Assembly: GCF_000711695.1 (NCBI RefSeq)
Contig: NW_013547015.1
Location: forward strand, 186,001-250,000
Source of the DNA: Tilletiaria anomala UBC 951
Lineage: Eukaryota
DNA: 64,000 nucleotides
Reading direction: 5' to 3'
The position numbers and the translations under genes were made by a program. The notes beneath the pieces are model-generated. The model did no database searches, was not told the origin of the DNA, and saw nothing but the letters and a program-made list of their open reading frames with translations. This document shows, piece after piece, positions 25,801-36,803 of this stretch (within the stretch, counting starts at the first letter, position 1; the number at the start of each line of letters is the position of its first letter).

Positions 25801-27062
25801 CGTTAGAACACCGACCTGCGAGACCTCGTGAGCAAGCTTGCCTCGGAACAACAGGCTCATCTCGGGCTCTCTGATCGGTTCGAAGCACAGAAGAAGGTGG
25901 GCTGCTTCCTCGAGAGAATTTTGCATATGTGCATGTTGACTTAATGCCCGACTCCCAGGCCCTTCGCGAAGCGCAAGAGGAAGCCGAGGAAGCTCGGGCG
26001 AAGCTGGAGGAGCTCGAGCACCAACGATCCGAGTACGAGCGCAACAAGAGCCATGCCAATGAACAAGCGGTCGGCCAACTCAAGGAGCGCAACACATTGT
26101 TGCTCACGATTTACCAAAGTCTCGGTCGCACCCTTGGCGCCGACAAGGGCTTGGGAGTGAGCGTCATCGGATTCACGGCAGAAGCCGCTGGCAACTATCT
26201 GACTCTTGATTCTTTCGCAGCGCAAACGAGACGATGCAGACCTCAAACCATTCACCAACTTTGGCATCTTCCATGATAGCCTCTTGTCTCGGATGAGGCG
26301 GCTTGGAGAGCTTCGGACGCACTTCGACACCAAGGCAAAAGAGATGGAGGCCAAGTTCCTGGAGCACTTCAGGTGAGTGACACCTCTCAAGGTCAGGAAA
26401 CTACTTCGCTGACGTAAATGTTCGCGATGTATAGTGCAATCAAGAAGCAGCAGGACGGGCAGATGCGCCACATTAATCGTCTCGAGCAAACACTGAAGAC
26501 AGCGTCCGACAAACAAGGAATCTGGCGATCGCGCATAGTTGCGAAACAAGCCGAGTTGGACGCTGCCAAGTCCACAAATAATGAGCTGCAGCAGCAGATC
26601 TCCTCGCTTAAGACTCGAACGGTGTTGTCTTCTCCATCATCGAACTCCAAGATCACCAATCTCAACTCGCGCGCGAACAATGCAGAACGCAAGCTTGCAG
26701 CGGCACAGACCTCTCAGCAACATGCGGAAGACCGCCTGGAGGAAACCAAACGCAGATTCGAGCAGGACGAGTCCAAGTGGGTGGCCAGAATCAAAGAGCT
26801 TGAGCTGAGATGCAAAGCTGCGGAAGAGAAAGCTTCGAGGGATCGGTCGAGCGCGAAGGAACGTCTGAAGGCTCTAGAGGAGCAGAAGCGGTGAGATCGA
26901 GCTACCCTTGTGGATACGCAGCTCGTCAGGCGCTCACACCCCCTCTCATCTGAACCCAGACGAGCCGAAGCGGATCTTCTTCGATCAAACAAGCAGTCAA
27001 AGCAGCTCGATACAGTGTTACCGCCAACGTCAGAAGCTGTAGGCCAGCCATTGGATTATTGA
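22882..27062 (+). CDS. Mto1/ApsB-like gamma-tubulin complex receptor (coiled-coil MTOC protein)
   Basis: CM1-like segment NLKQLQARIDSLTTERDDLKIEVDF, long heptad coiled coils, and a C-terminal Mto2-binding-domain-like WVARIKELELRCKAAEEKASRDRSSAKERL. About 8 GT-AG introns; last exon 26960-27062. Confidence 0.75.
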
Positions 27063-27350
27063 GAGCGTAGCGCGACCGTATGGGCTTGGTTTTGCGAATG
27101 TTGTATGGTTATGCTTGCATCTCGGTAAGATACATATTTGTTATGCAACGTTACGTCTGTCCTGTGGACATGCAGGAAGTGCAGTACATCCATAATCTGT
27201 TGCCTTCACAGCAAACCAGGGGCGAGTGCGGCATCGTGTGCCTTCGTCAATCGCCTTTGGAGCCTTGATCGGGATCCAGCAGTAAAGGCTTGCATTTCTC
27301 GCTCAGTCCTTCCACTTGAACACTAAGCAGCGCACGATTATGAAGGTATA

Positions 27351-30300
27351 TCAGAAGAGGAATGAAGGAGTGCTCTCAACCACAGACTCACCATCATCAT
27401 CCAAGTCAATTCCAATACCCAGGCCCATCGGCTCGCCGAGGCCCTCTTTGTCCGAGTCGCGATCCATTCCAGCGATGCGCGCCAGCTTCTTCGAAGATGC
27501 CGGAATTTGAATGCCGCTCAGCGAGCTCAATGCACCGCCGGGGTATCGACGCTCGTCATCGCCTCTGGGCGTCTTGATAAGCGGGCTGGATGAGAACAGA
27601 TCGGTGCGGATGTTGCTCGACTCGCGTTCATGGTGTGTATCACGCACCGAGGACACACTCGGCGCCGTGGGTGATCCCAGCGTGCGGTTGTGCAATTCTG
27701 GCGTGCGAAGCAGCGAAGAACCGTAGAAGCCGTTAGAGACGCCTCGCGCCCTAGCAGCTCGCGTGGACGAGCTGGGAGACTGCAGGAGCCAAGCGCGGTT
27801 TTGAGGATCCATCTTGTCGCCCACGTCGCGCTGGTCCAGACCTCCGCTACTGTAAACGAGACTGGGCATGCCGATGCTGTAAGCCGAGTGCTCCGTGCTG
27901 AAGACGCCGCCAAGGAAATCGCGACTGGGGGTACTGAGCGCGCCAGGTAAGCCCCATCCATGGCTGTTCTCGCGCAGCCGAGCGCTACGAGATGGAGTCT
28001 GCGCAGCGGCTCGCGGTGTTACCGAGCTCGGCCAAACGGAGCCGTGGTCCAATCGAGAAGGCGTAGAAAAGATATCGTCAACGACAGCATCTGTGACGAG
28101 CTCGTCATCGGAGGAGTCGAGGACGGGCCGAGCAGCTGCTGCAAAAGCACTGTGCGCCGAGCCTCGAGTGGAGCCACGAGAAGGCGTGGACGCAAAGCCA
28201 AATTGCAGCGAACTGTCAGCGTTGCGACTCGATGTCCGCATGGGCGAATTCCAGTCTGAGCGCTGCAAGCCAGCGGCAAGCGCGTTGGGGATCGCATGCG
28301 CATCGGCAACAGCGACTACTGGGTCCTGCTGATGCGTGCAGGTGACGTCTGTGGGCACACGGCTGCTCACAGGGGCGGCGAGAAGGCCAGTAGACATGCA
28401 CGAGTGCGAGGCAGAGTGGACGCTCTTGCGCTCCAGGGGGGAGCCCGGCTCGTGGAGCTGCCAGCCAAAGCGTTCTGCACGTGCACGGCCGGCAGCGGCG
28501 CTGTTTCTGCTTGCGCCATGACGGGCAGAAGAGAGAATGGGTGGGCTGGGGGCGAGCGCCAGAGCGGATGCGAGGCCATCCGAGCGCGCCGCGATGGGCG
28601 AGTTGGTTGGTTGAGCAAACACCGGTTCGCCGCTCCGCTGCGACATTTGATTGATGGCGAAACGATGCGAGCGTAGGATGGAAGGAGTGTTGATCGAGGC
28701 GAGCCCACCGGAATACGCGCTTGAGAGGGGGGTCGTCTTTGCACTAGTTCGGACTACGCAGCCATGGCAGTGCCATTGCTCATCAGGATTGTCGGTGTCC
28801 TTGAACCCGACGCAGGGCATGTGGTACCACCGCTCGCAGGTGTCGCACTGCACCATAGGCGCAGTCTCTTCGTTGAGGCCACAGAAGCAGCCAACAAAAG
28901 CGGCGCTAGCATCATGCCGAGACAGCGGCAGAGGCGTAGAGAGCGCCATGTATCTCTCGTCTGAATCAATGCGTTTTCGCTTACTAACGCGCTTCGAGCC
29001 TTTGCCTTTGCCCTTGCCCTTGCTCTTCGCCTGCTTGCCCTCTCCAGCCCGAATGACAGACGAAGCGCCTGTTTTGGCGCTGGCCGCAGCTGAGCTCGGA
29101 AGCGCAGCGACGCTCTGCGCAGCGATGGCCGCTGCTTCTGCTTCGCGGATGGCTGCCTTCCTCGCGCGGTCTGCGAGCGCCTTGGAGATCATCGGATGGC
29201 GAAGGCGATCCCCACTAGCGCCACGGGTTCGATGATGGGGCACGACGTGCAGTCGATCGCTGACCGCCTGCTGTGAAGTAGACAGAGAACTGTCGTCCGG
29301 TACGGCGACTGCTGAAGCGGAAGCGGAAGAAGGGTCGCTGTGACTCCGTTGACGAGGGAGGTGCTGCCGCTGCAGCACCGCCTCATGATCCGCCTCCTCG
29401 TCCTCCGCTTCATCTCCGCCTTCGTCACCCTCATCACTGTGACTCGCCAGCCACATCTTGACGATCTGCAGCCGCTCCAGGCGACGCGCGTTTGCATGCT
29501 CGATTGCAGCGGACCACGGGCCGCACGGGCTGTCGGGCCAGTCGAGTGCAGGGAGACGCGCTTGCAGCGGAGAGAGGTGATGAGCGAGACGCGGCTTGAA
29601 CGCCGCCGCCGCCGCCCCTGCTGCTGCTGATGCGCTCGAGAGCATTGTCGACTGCTGTTGTGACCGCGATTGCTGCCGCTGCGTGCGGGCAATGATGCTC
29701 CCAAGCAGCGAGACGTGTCTCTCGGTCCGATCGCTCAATTCGCCAGCAGCGTCGGCGAGCGCGCTATGTGTGAGCCCGTTGATCATTGTCATTGCACGCA
29801 TGCCAGCGCAGGCGCCTCCCCGACCGACGTGCCTCGCTCTGACGACGCTAGGAGAGCCGCACTCGGAAGCGGGGAACTGCGACGCGATGGAAAGGCTCGG
29901 ACTGGGTCCAGACATGGTAGTCGATGCGGACGCGGGCGCACACCGAGCAGCCGCAGACGCAAAAGTCGTAGCTCCACATGTAGAATCCGCGCCGGCGCTC
30001 GTGGTGGCTGGCTGCGTGAGCGCGGTGCTGGCGCTTTCGGTCGTACTGGCACTGGTGTCCATGCTGCTTGTGCTGCTGCTTGTGCTGTCTATGTTTGCAT
30101 GGCACGACGAAGACGAGGCCAACGCCGCTGCAGCCGCAGCCGAGGACACCGCTGGAGCAACGGCCCTAGCGACAGCGACGCGCCCGACGCCCTCGATGTG
30201 CATAGCGACCATCTTGGTTCTCGCTCCGTCGGTGACGCCGCTCCTAGCTGCCAGTAAGCCGGGTGCAGAAAAGGAGGCTGAGGCGAACGAGTCAAGCGAG

Positions 30301-31598
30301 AGTGCGCTATCGCTGTCCCTGTCAGGCCAGCCTTGGAAGGCGGTGCGTGTGGCATTACCGTTAGAGGAGGATAGCAGCGGCATGCCTGCACCGAGTCCGG
30401 CAGAAACGACAGCAACAGACGTAGGCGGTGAGCTGTCCGTCTTGAACCCGACCAGATACTCCTCGAGCAGGTCATTCGCTTCCACCTCGTTGTGCAGGTA
30501 TGAGTAAGAATGCGGATGGTGAGCACAGCGCTCTCTGCGTTGCATGTAGCGCTCGTCGTACGCAAAGCGCGCATCGCTCTCGCCTCCACGCCTGTCCTCA
30601 TGGCTCTGCCTGTCCTCGTGCTCCAATTCGTGCTCACCACGCCCTTCGCCCGAGGCGGCCAGGTAGGCCAGTGCAGAGGCGTCCGGAGCCTGCTGCAAGC
30701 TTAGCGCCGTAGCCCAGCCGCGCAAGTCGTGGAGCGTTGCTTTGGTCAAAATGCGCTGCGAGTGCTTCGATGGCTGCTGTTGCGGATGGTGCGAAGGATG
30801 TGAGGGTCTGGCGCTGGACATGCCCCTGGACGCTGCTGCTGCTGGCGAGAAGAACGAAAGGTCGCTTGAACCAGTGTAAAACTTGGCTGGTACGAGAGTG
30901 GCGGCGCTGTGCCGGCTGCTGCTACCCTCCAGTGCGACAGCTGCAGACTTCTTGGAGCGTCTCTTAGGCATGGGTTTTGGCGTCCTCGGAAGCGCTTGGC
31001 TGCTGTACTCCTGGTCCCCCTCGGCGCCAAGGAGATCTTCGACGCTACCAGGCGTGTTGTTGAGCGGCTGTACAAGGCGGTCAGAGCTAGGTAGCAGCGG
31101 TGTGCCCCAGCCGAGATGAACATTAGCGATACGCCTGCCTTTTCGCGGCGTATCCAGCACGTCCTTCTCTGCTCGTCGACGACTCTTTGCGTTGCCGCTG
31201 CGATGGCGTCCATCTGTCATTGCGCCGGCGTCGGAAGAAGAGGTGCTGGGAGCGAAGGGAGACACATCTGTTTCGGCTGCAGAGATTGAGGCGGGCGTTG
31301 CAAGGAACGGGCCATATGATGGGGTTACAGCGGCAGTGATATCCCCAGCGCGAGGTCCCATCTCGCGGCGGCGGCGACTGCTGATGGTGCCGCTTGTTGA
31401 GCTCGCGACGCTCTCCAGCGAGTGCGGGGGTGTGGAAGGTGGCATGTTCAGAGCCGGTTGATAAGAGTAAATCGTGCGTCGCTGTTGCTGCTGACTGCTG
31501 CTTGGCGTCGAAGATGCTCCTGAGGGGGGCGGAGTAGCGATGGACCCGCTGTGGCCCTGGCCTGCAACCAAGCTCTTGGGGTGCTGCGTCGCTTGCAT
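27351..31598 (-). CDS. PHD-finger protein, otherwise low complexity
   Basis: Single ~1415-aa ORF from ATG 31598. C4HC3 PHD finger CFC...MVQCDTCERWYHMPCVG...WHCHGC, preceded by a basic NLS-like KSKGKGKGKGSKRVSKRKR. Confidence 0.85.
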   Translation of the reverse strand: MQATQHPKSLVAGQGHSGSIATPPPSGASSTPSSSQQQQRRTIYSYQPALNMPPSTPPHSLESVASSTSGTISSRRRREMGPRAGDITAAVTPSYGPFLATPASISAAETDVSPFAPSTSSSDAGAMTDGRHRSGNAKSRRRAEKDVLDTPRKGRRIANVHLGWGTPLLPSSDRLVQPLNNTPGSVEDLLGAEGDQEYSSQALPRTPKPMPKRRSKKSAAVALEGSSSRHSAATLVPAKFYTGSSDLSFFSPAAAASRGMSSARPSHPSHHPQQQPSKHSQRILTKATLHDLRGWATALSLQQAPDASALAYLAASGEGRGEHELEHEDRQSHEDRRGGESDARFAYDERYMQRRERCAHHPHSYSYLHNEVEANDLLEEYLVGFKTDSSPPTSVAVVSAGLGAGMPLLSSSNGNATRTAFQGWPDRDSDSALSLDSFASASFSAPGLLAARSGVTDGARTKMVAMHIEGVGRVAVARAVAPAVSSAAAAAALASSSSCHANIDSTSSSTSSMDTSASTTESASTALTQPATTSAGADSTCGATTFASAAARCAPASASTTMSGPSPSLSIASQFPASECGSPSVVRARHVGRGGACAGMRAMTMINGLTHSALADAAGELSDRTERHVSLLGSIIARTQRQQSRSQQQSTMLSSASAAAGAAAAAFKPRLAHHLSPLQARLPALDWPDSPCGPWSAAIEHANARRLERLQIVKMWLASHSDEGDEGGDEAEDEEADHEAVLQRQHLPRQRSHSDPSSASASAVAVPDDSSLSTSQQAVSDRLHVVPHHRTRGASGDRLRHPMISKALADRARKAAIREAEAAAIAAQSVAALPSSAAASAKTGASSVIRAGEGKQAKSKGKGKGKGSKRVSKRKRIDSDERYMALSTPLPLSRHDASAAFVGCFCGLNEETAPMVQCDTCERWYHMPCVGFKDTDNPDEQWHCHGCVVRTSAKTTPLSSAYSGGLASINTPSILRSHRFAINQMSQRSGEPVFAQPTNSPIAARSDGLASALALAPSPPILSSARHGASRNSAAAGRARAERFGWQLHEPGSPLERKSVHSASHSCMSTGLLAAPVSSRVPTDVTCTHQQDPVVAVADAHAIPNALAAGLQRSDWNSPMRTSSRNADSSLQFGFASTPSRGSTRGSAHSAFAAAARPVLDSSDDELVTDAVVDDIFSTPSRLDHGSVWPSSVTPRAAAQTPSRSARLRENSHGWGLPGALSTPSRDFLGGVFSTEHSAYSIGMPSLVYSSGGLDQRDVGDKMDPQNRAWLLQSPSSSTRAARARGVSNGFYGSSLLRTPELHNRTLGSPTAPSVSSVRDTHHERESSNIRTDLFSSSPLIKTPRGDDERRYPGGALSSLSGIQIPASSKKLARIAGMDRDSDKEGLGEPMGLGIGIDLDDDGESVVESTPSFLF

Positions 31599-32221
31599 AT
31601 TGTTGTAAAAGCTTCGATCCAATCGTCAGCAGCGCGGGGTTCTTTTAAGAAACGGACGGTGGATCACTGTCCTATTAGAGGTGCTGCTCAGCGGTGATAG
31701 ACTTTGGGCTAGCAGTTAGATGGCGCGACTTACGATGCGGACACACAATCGAGGAGAGGTTCTTGATTTCACGCTGACAAAGAGTGCTTGCTGATCAAAA
31801 CAGATGGACATCCACCAACGAGACGGGAATGAGTCGAACCTTTGAAAAGAGGGGTGCCGAGAAGAAGCGAAGATGACAAAGCGAAGGCACTGAAAGCGAG
31901 AGACCGAGTGGAGAAATTGCAATCGCGGGAAGGGCTAGAACTCGGCTGGGTGTTTGGATGTCAGGGAAAGAGAATGCGCCGTCGGCGTTGTTCCAGCAAC
32001 TGCTGCGCTTGAAGCAACGATCACGCTCCCGATGAACGCGGGATACGAGGAGGCTGCTGGTATCCAGTGCTGATATCAACCTCAACCAAATGAAATTGAC
32101 GGGCGATGGACAACGTCGCAATGCGTCGCAGCGAGTCTAGCGGATGCGAGAAAGAAATAAAGTCGAATATGAATGGATGAAGAGATGGATGACCTTTGCA
32201 CATTATTAACGCCAGCTGCCG

Positions 32222-32250
32222 CACACGCACACACACACACACCACACGCA
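32222..32250. repeat. Imperfect (CA)n microsatellite
   Basis: cacacgcacacacacacacaccacacgca. Confidence 0.8.
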
Positions 32251-34950
32251 CGACACTTCATCGATTGCCACGCTTGAAGCTGGGCGGCCCCACGCTTGCA
32301 ACTTCTACAGGTCGACTGGAAACCTACTATACGGTGTTTACAGTGTGTACATTGAGGGTGTATGTATGTGTTACGTATGTGTGATTCAGGGATCGAATGT
32401 GATATGATATGCCAGACACTACCAAGGAGCACGAATGATCCTCGGGCTCAGAGCCTCTCGACATGATGCGCACTCCTCGAGTCGAGAGCAGGACCCCGTC
32501 CGCGCACGTCCTCTGGACTGTCCGAGTGAGGAGTTTCCCTTTGCTGCAGGCGAGATCGCTTTTGGGGTGTACTGGGCAGCCTGCTGGCGAAGGCCATTTC
32601 TGTTTCACCTCTGCACGGGCGGACAGGCATAAGAGGGCAAGGCGGCGTTCTGTCCAACCAAGTGTTCACCCCGAAGCCATCCTTCCATTGGTGAGACTGG
32701 CACAGTTCCCAAAAGCTTGATTCGATCTGACCGAGTCAAATCGGCGCGTGCGTAGATGCGTAGTGTGTGACGCGGGAAACGTCGAATGAGAGATGGGACC
32801 GCACGAGCACGGAGGCAGTAGCTCGCACAAAAATGCGCGCAGCAACAGCGATGGGCCACCTGCAAATTGCGAGACGCGGCAATGTTAAACGTAACACACC
32901 TGTTTTGGCAGCCCACCCGCGCATCTCTCCCACAGTGCCTTGCAAGAAAGGGGGGAAGGAGAGGAGGGAAAAAATGTCCGACCATCCCCAGACAAAAAAA
33001 AAACGAAACGCGTATCACACGTATCGTGCATACGATTGTGGCGCATCGTGTGAGCGTTTGGGCACCCCCGAGTGCGCGCACTGTCTGTCTCTCGCTCAGA
33101 GCCACGCAGCGAGCATGACACACACTCCCATCTGCGATTGCGGTCGTTCATCAACCAAACTCACACCGGCCAAACAAGACACCACACGCTCCTTCCGTAG
33201 GAGATGGTCTATGTATCGACTGTTATGGCTCTCAAATCTCAACTGGATCCGATAAACTCCAAAACGGCCACTGTATTTACCTGTTCTTCGCCAGCAGTCC
33301 TAGTCCATGGTTCTTTCAAATACATCCGCTCGCGCCTCGTAAACAAGCGCATTGGCATCATACAAGGAGCATTCGACGTCCGAAATTTGGACAATTGAAA
33401 CAGCACAGCGCTGTGTATTTCCACCTGGCATTGTGCACCTCCCATTCCTTCACACGCATCCCAGCACGTGGATCGACGCTTGTGTGGAAGCAACACACCG
33501 GACTATTCTTTAGCCCATTGGAAACGACTCCTGGCCCGTCTGTGCGTCGCAGCCTCTTCTGTGCCCCAATTTCGCGACTATTTCCCGAAACAGCAATCCG
33601 CAACCTGGTCACAGACTGACACGACGCAGGGCGCCGCAGGCAGCAAGCAGTAGGTGAAGGGAAATGGGCGCCGCGCGGGAGGCTCCGCCTGCGAAAAATG
33701 CCCGAAAATGGTCTTGCGAACGGACCAGGACAACAGTGCTCCGTGTTCCGTGTTCCGTGAGTACACGTCGCGTCACGTTGGAATGCTCATGCGACGCGTC
33801 ACATGCACAAACCCTAAAAGAACTTTTGTAAACAGCGGTGATGTGTCAACTGTTGAGCCTCAAGGGCGAGAAGCGCTTCGTGCTTGCCCCGCGCGCGACC
33901 TAGGTGTGAAAGGCCCTTCATATTGGTTGATGCGTTTATGCTTGCGAGGGCTGGGTTGCATGCACGTTGAACAGTTGACCAGTCGTAGCAATTGCGAGGG
34001 GTGGTGAGGCGAAGACTGTCGTCTTGGATGGTCTTGGCACGGTGCAAATGCCAGTTGGAGGTGAGTCAAGTATGCCAAATATACCGCGAGCTTGAGTCCC
34101 GCGGCTGCTGCCTCCGTGACCGGACCCAATCGAGCGGTGTGAGAATGCCATGGCACACGTTTGTATGGGTGCCACGGCGCTCATCTGTGAGTTACAAACT
34201 GGTCATTTCAATGATGCGGACCTCTGCCGCCCTCCCGCCGATTGGCGGACTTCGACGATGTGCAGACGTCGACCAGAAGCGACAAGCTCGCACCACGCTC
34301 CACCTCAGCTCTCGAAGGAGGCAGCACACCGGGGCGCAAGCTGATCGCTTTCTGCCAAGTCGGCACATCGGAAAGAAGATCGTCTATGTGCAAGTTTTGA
34401 ATGTTCGGCATCGATCCAGTCAGTCCAATGTTTGCTCCTGGGGCACTCCTCCGAGTTGAGCTGGGTGTATTGTTATAAATGAGCGCGCCATACGGTGCTA
34501 CATAGATGGACAATGGTATCTGGGACGGCGCTCTGGGCATGTTTGATTGGGTAGTGCGAACCAATGAGCGATCCCGCCTGTCGATGAGACCATTGCGTAC
34601 TGGGTTCTCAGACGGAAGAGCTGTCAGAACTGTCAATAGAGACAAAGAAGTGTCATCAATTCTCCGCCATAATATGCAAAACCGCCTTGATCAACACTTG
34701 GAAGCTAACAAAGGTACAACTAAAAAACAGCACGACGTGTACGCTGGCTGGATGTACAATAAATTACGGTTGTAAGGTCGTGGTCCCATGTCGACCTTTC
34801 GTCTAACCCAAAGCCATCCCATTTCGCAGCGAGACCAAAGCGTACCCGCGCCTGCATTTTCGCTGAGATCCGCGGCCGCCTGCTGCTGGGTCAGAGACTG
34901 CTTTGGGTGAGACTTAGTGAAGTCCTAAGCCAGCATGTCAATGTTCGCTC

Positions 34951-35241
34951 GACTCTCGTCATCTCCCCCATCTGGCCTCTTTTCAATTCACCATGCTAGG
35001 ATTGCGTTTACGATTCTGCTCTGGGTGGAACGACACCAGGTCACAAAAAAGAAATTCCACCAGGAACCAGGAATCGCAGGTTCCGGAACCAGAAAGTGAT
35101 TTCTGGTGAAACCAACCAGACCAATATTTCTCTCGCTCCAGCGGACCAGTTCCGTAAACGCACACTAGATTCCCACTGAACATCGATAACACGCCAGCCT
35201 GTGAACTAAGAACTTTCGTGTTCTTGGTTTGACGAGCAGTC
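34951..35241. ncRNA. Candidate structured RNA / nested inverted-repeat element of unknown class
   Basis: Colinear nested complementary blocks, including a perfect 10-bp TGCGTTTACG/CGTAAACGCA, enclosing three short hairpins. Confidence 0.35.
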
Positions 35242-35332
35242 ATCTGCGGTTGACCGTGGTGATGCGGTGAGGTCTATTGCACTTTGATCAACAACGCCTT
35301 CCGGAACCTCGTGACCTGTTCAAGGCGCATGG

Positions 35333-36664
35333 ATGCTGCAGATGACATTCTTCTTCCTACGAGCTCAAGTGCCCTGCGCGACTTCAGTCATGATTCAGCA
35401 GTCGTATTCGAGCACATCTGGCCGCGCGATGCTCAGATGGAGTCGTCAACGCTCGGCGCGATGGCCAGCGCCGTCGGACCTTCTACCTATCGCTGCTTCC
35501 GTCCCACCAGCGATACGACCGGCATACGGGCATCAGCGCAGAATGCTCTGCATCGCTTGTGCGAACCCGCTTGACTCGACCTACAACAAGAACAATCTGC
35601 AATGGGCAGGTCCAAGTGACCTCTCAGTGCTCTTCAGCCGGGCCAGAGGGGGCAGAGCTGATGGTCACATGACCGGCACTGTTACCCTTGGCGCAGCCCA
35701 TGCTCTTTCAACTGCATGTGTACATACAAGCGCGCAAGCCTTCAAGTACAGCACAAGTCGCTCAAAGGCTTCTCCTCCTCCACCTGCTCCCGAGCGTTTC
35801 AAAGGCCCATCGTCTTCGCCACTGCCACCGCCGCCTCCCAGCGCACCGATCCGCGATGGGAGCATCGAGGCAGAATACGTGCGCCTTGTTCTACCCGTAC
35901 CAGACGGTGCGCTACTCGAACAGCTTCCTAATATTGCAAGGCATGCCCCGGAACATTCGGATTCTTCAGCAACACGAAGCACAGATGAAGATGGGCAGTC
36001 CAAGGAGAAGCGGGACAAGCAAGGCGGGCTATCGCCTCCACTAGCGCCACGGGAGATATTAGCGCGGGTAGATAGAAAGAATTTCTGGTTGATACAGGTG
36101 GCTGCTCCACCAAAAGGCGCGGCGCCTATCGTCAAGCTCATGAACAAAAAAGAGGTCCACGAGAAAAGTCGGGGTGGGAGCAAAGGCGGCGCAGCTGCCA
36201 AAGCTGCTGGGGCTGTAAGCCCTGCTGCCCATGCGAACGCAGCAGCGAAAGCTGACAGCGAACAAAGTGAGGGGGGCGATGGCTCCCAAGCCCCCACGGC
36301 TGGCGTCGGCGCATCACCGCCATTGAAGCAAAAGGAGCTCTCACTGAGCTGGTCTGTGTCGCGGCATGATCTCCAGCACAAAGTCGAGCGATGCGCCGCC
36401 GACTGCTCGCAAAAGGGCAACAAATGGCGCATCTCCATCTCCCTGCAAAGTCGAAAGCAGCGATTTGACTGGTTCGCAACGGGTGCGGAGGCCTTGCATC
36501 ATGCTTTAATGAAGGACATCGAAAGGATCATGACTGCGGGCAACCCGCCGGACAAGGACGGAAAGATGACCGGTTGGGTGGTCAAGAGAGAAGGCGAGAT
36601 CAGGTGGCAGACTGCCACCACTGCCATCTTCAACTTTACGCCCATCGGAAAGAAGCGTGGGTGA
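35333..36664 (+). CDS. Mitochondrial translation initiation factor 3 (Aim23-like)
   Basis: Arg/Ser-rich presequence-like N-terminus, IF3-N-like RDGSIEAEYVRLV...LIQVA...PIVKLMNKKE, and IF3-C-like KELSLSWSVSRHDLQHK...KGNKWRISI. Start codon and a possible 5' intron are uncertain. Confidence 0.7.
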   Translation: MLQMTFFFLRAQVPCATSVMIQQSYSSTSGRAMLRWSRQRSARWPAPSDLLPIAASVPPAIRPAYGHQRRMLCIACANPLDSTYNKNNLQWAGPSDLSVLFSRARGGRADGHMTGTVTLGAAHALSTACVHTSAQAFKYSTSRSKASPPPPAPERFKGPSSSPLPPPPPSAPIRDGSIEAEYVRLVLPVPDGALLEQLPNIARHAPEHSDSSATRSTDEDGQSKEKRDKQGGLSPPLAPREILARVDRKNFWLIQVAAPPKGAAPIVKLMNKKEVHEKSRGGSKGGAAAKAAGAVSPAAHANAAAKADSEQSEGGDGSQAPTAGVGASPPLKQKELSLSWSVSRHDLQHKVERCAADCSQKGNKWRISISLQSRKQRFDWFATGAEALHHALMKDIERIMTAGNPPDKDGKMTGWVVKREGEIRWQTATTAIFNFTPIGKKRG

Positions 36665-36803
36665 AGTGAATGAACTCACGCTGCCATCGACAACGCATGT
36701 AAATATCAACATTACGCAATTCGTGGCCTGTATGAGGCTAGACATTCATGTTCTGTTGCTCTTTGTCCGCTGTGCTTGTCTCGCACCCTGCACATAATTG
36801 CAG

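Noticed and set aside
34840..34880. GCTGAGA and TACCCG motifs resembling a TPP riboswitch
   Set aside because: Motifs are in the wrong order, CUGAU/UAAU elements are missing, and no thiamine gene is adjacent.
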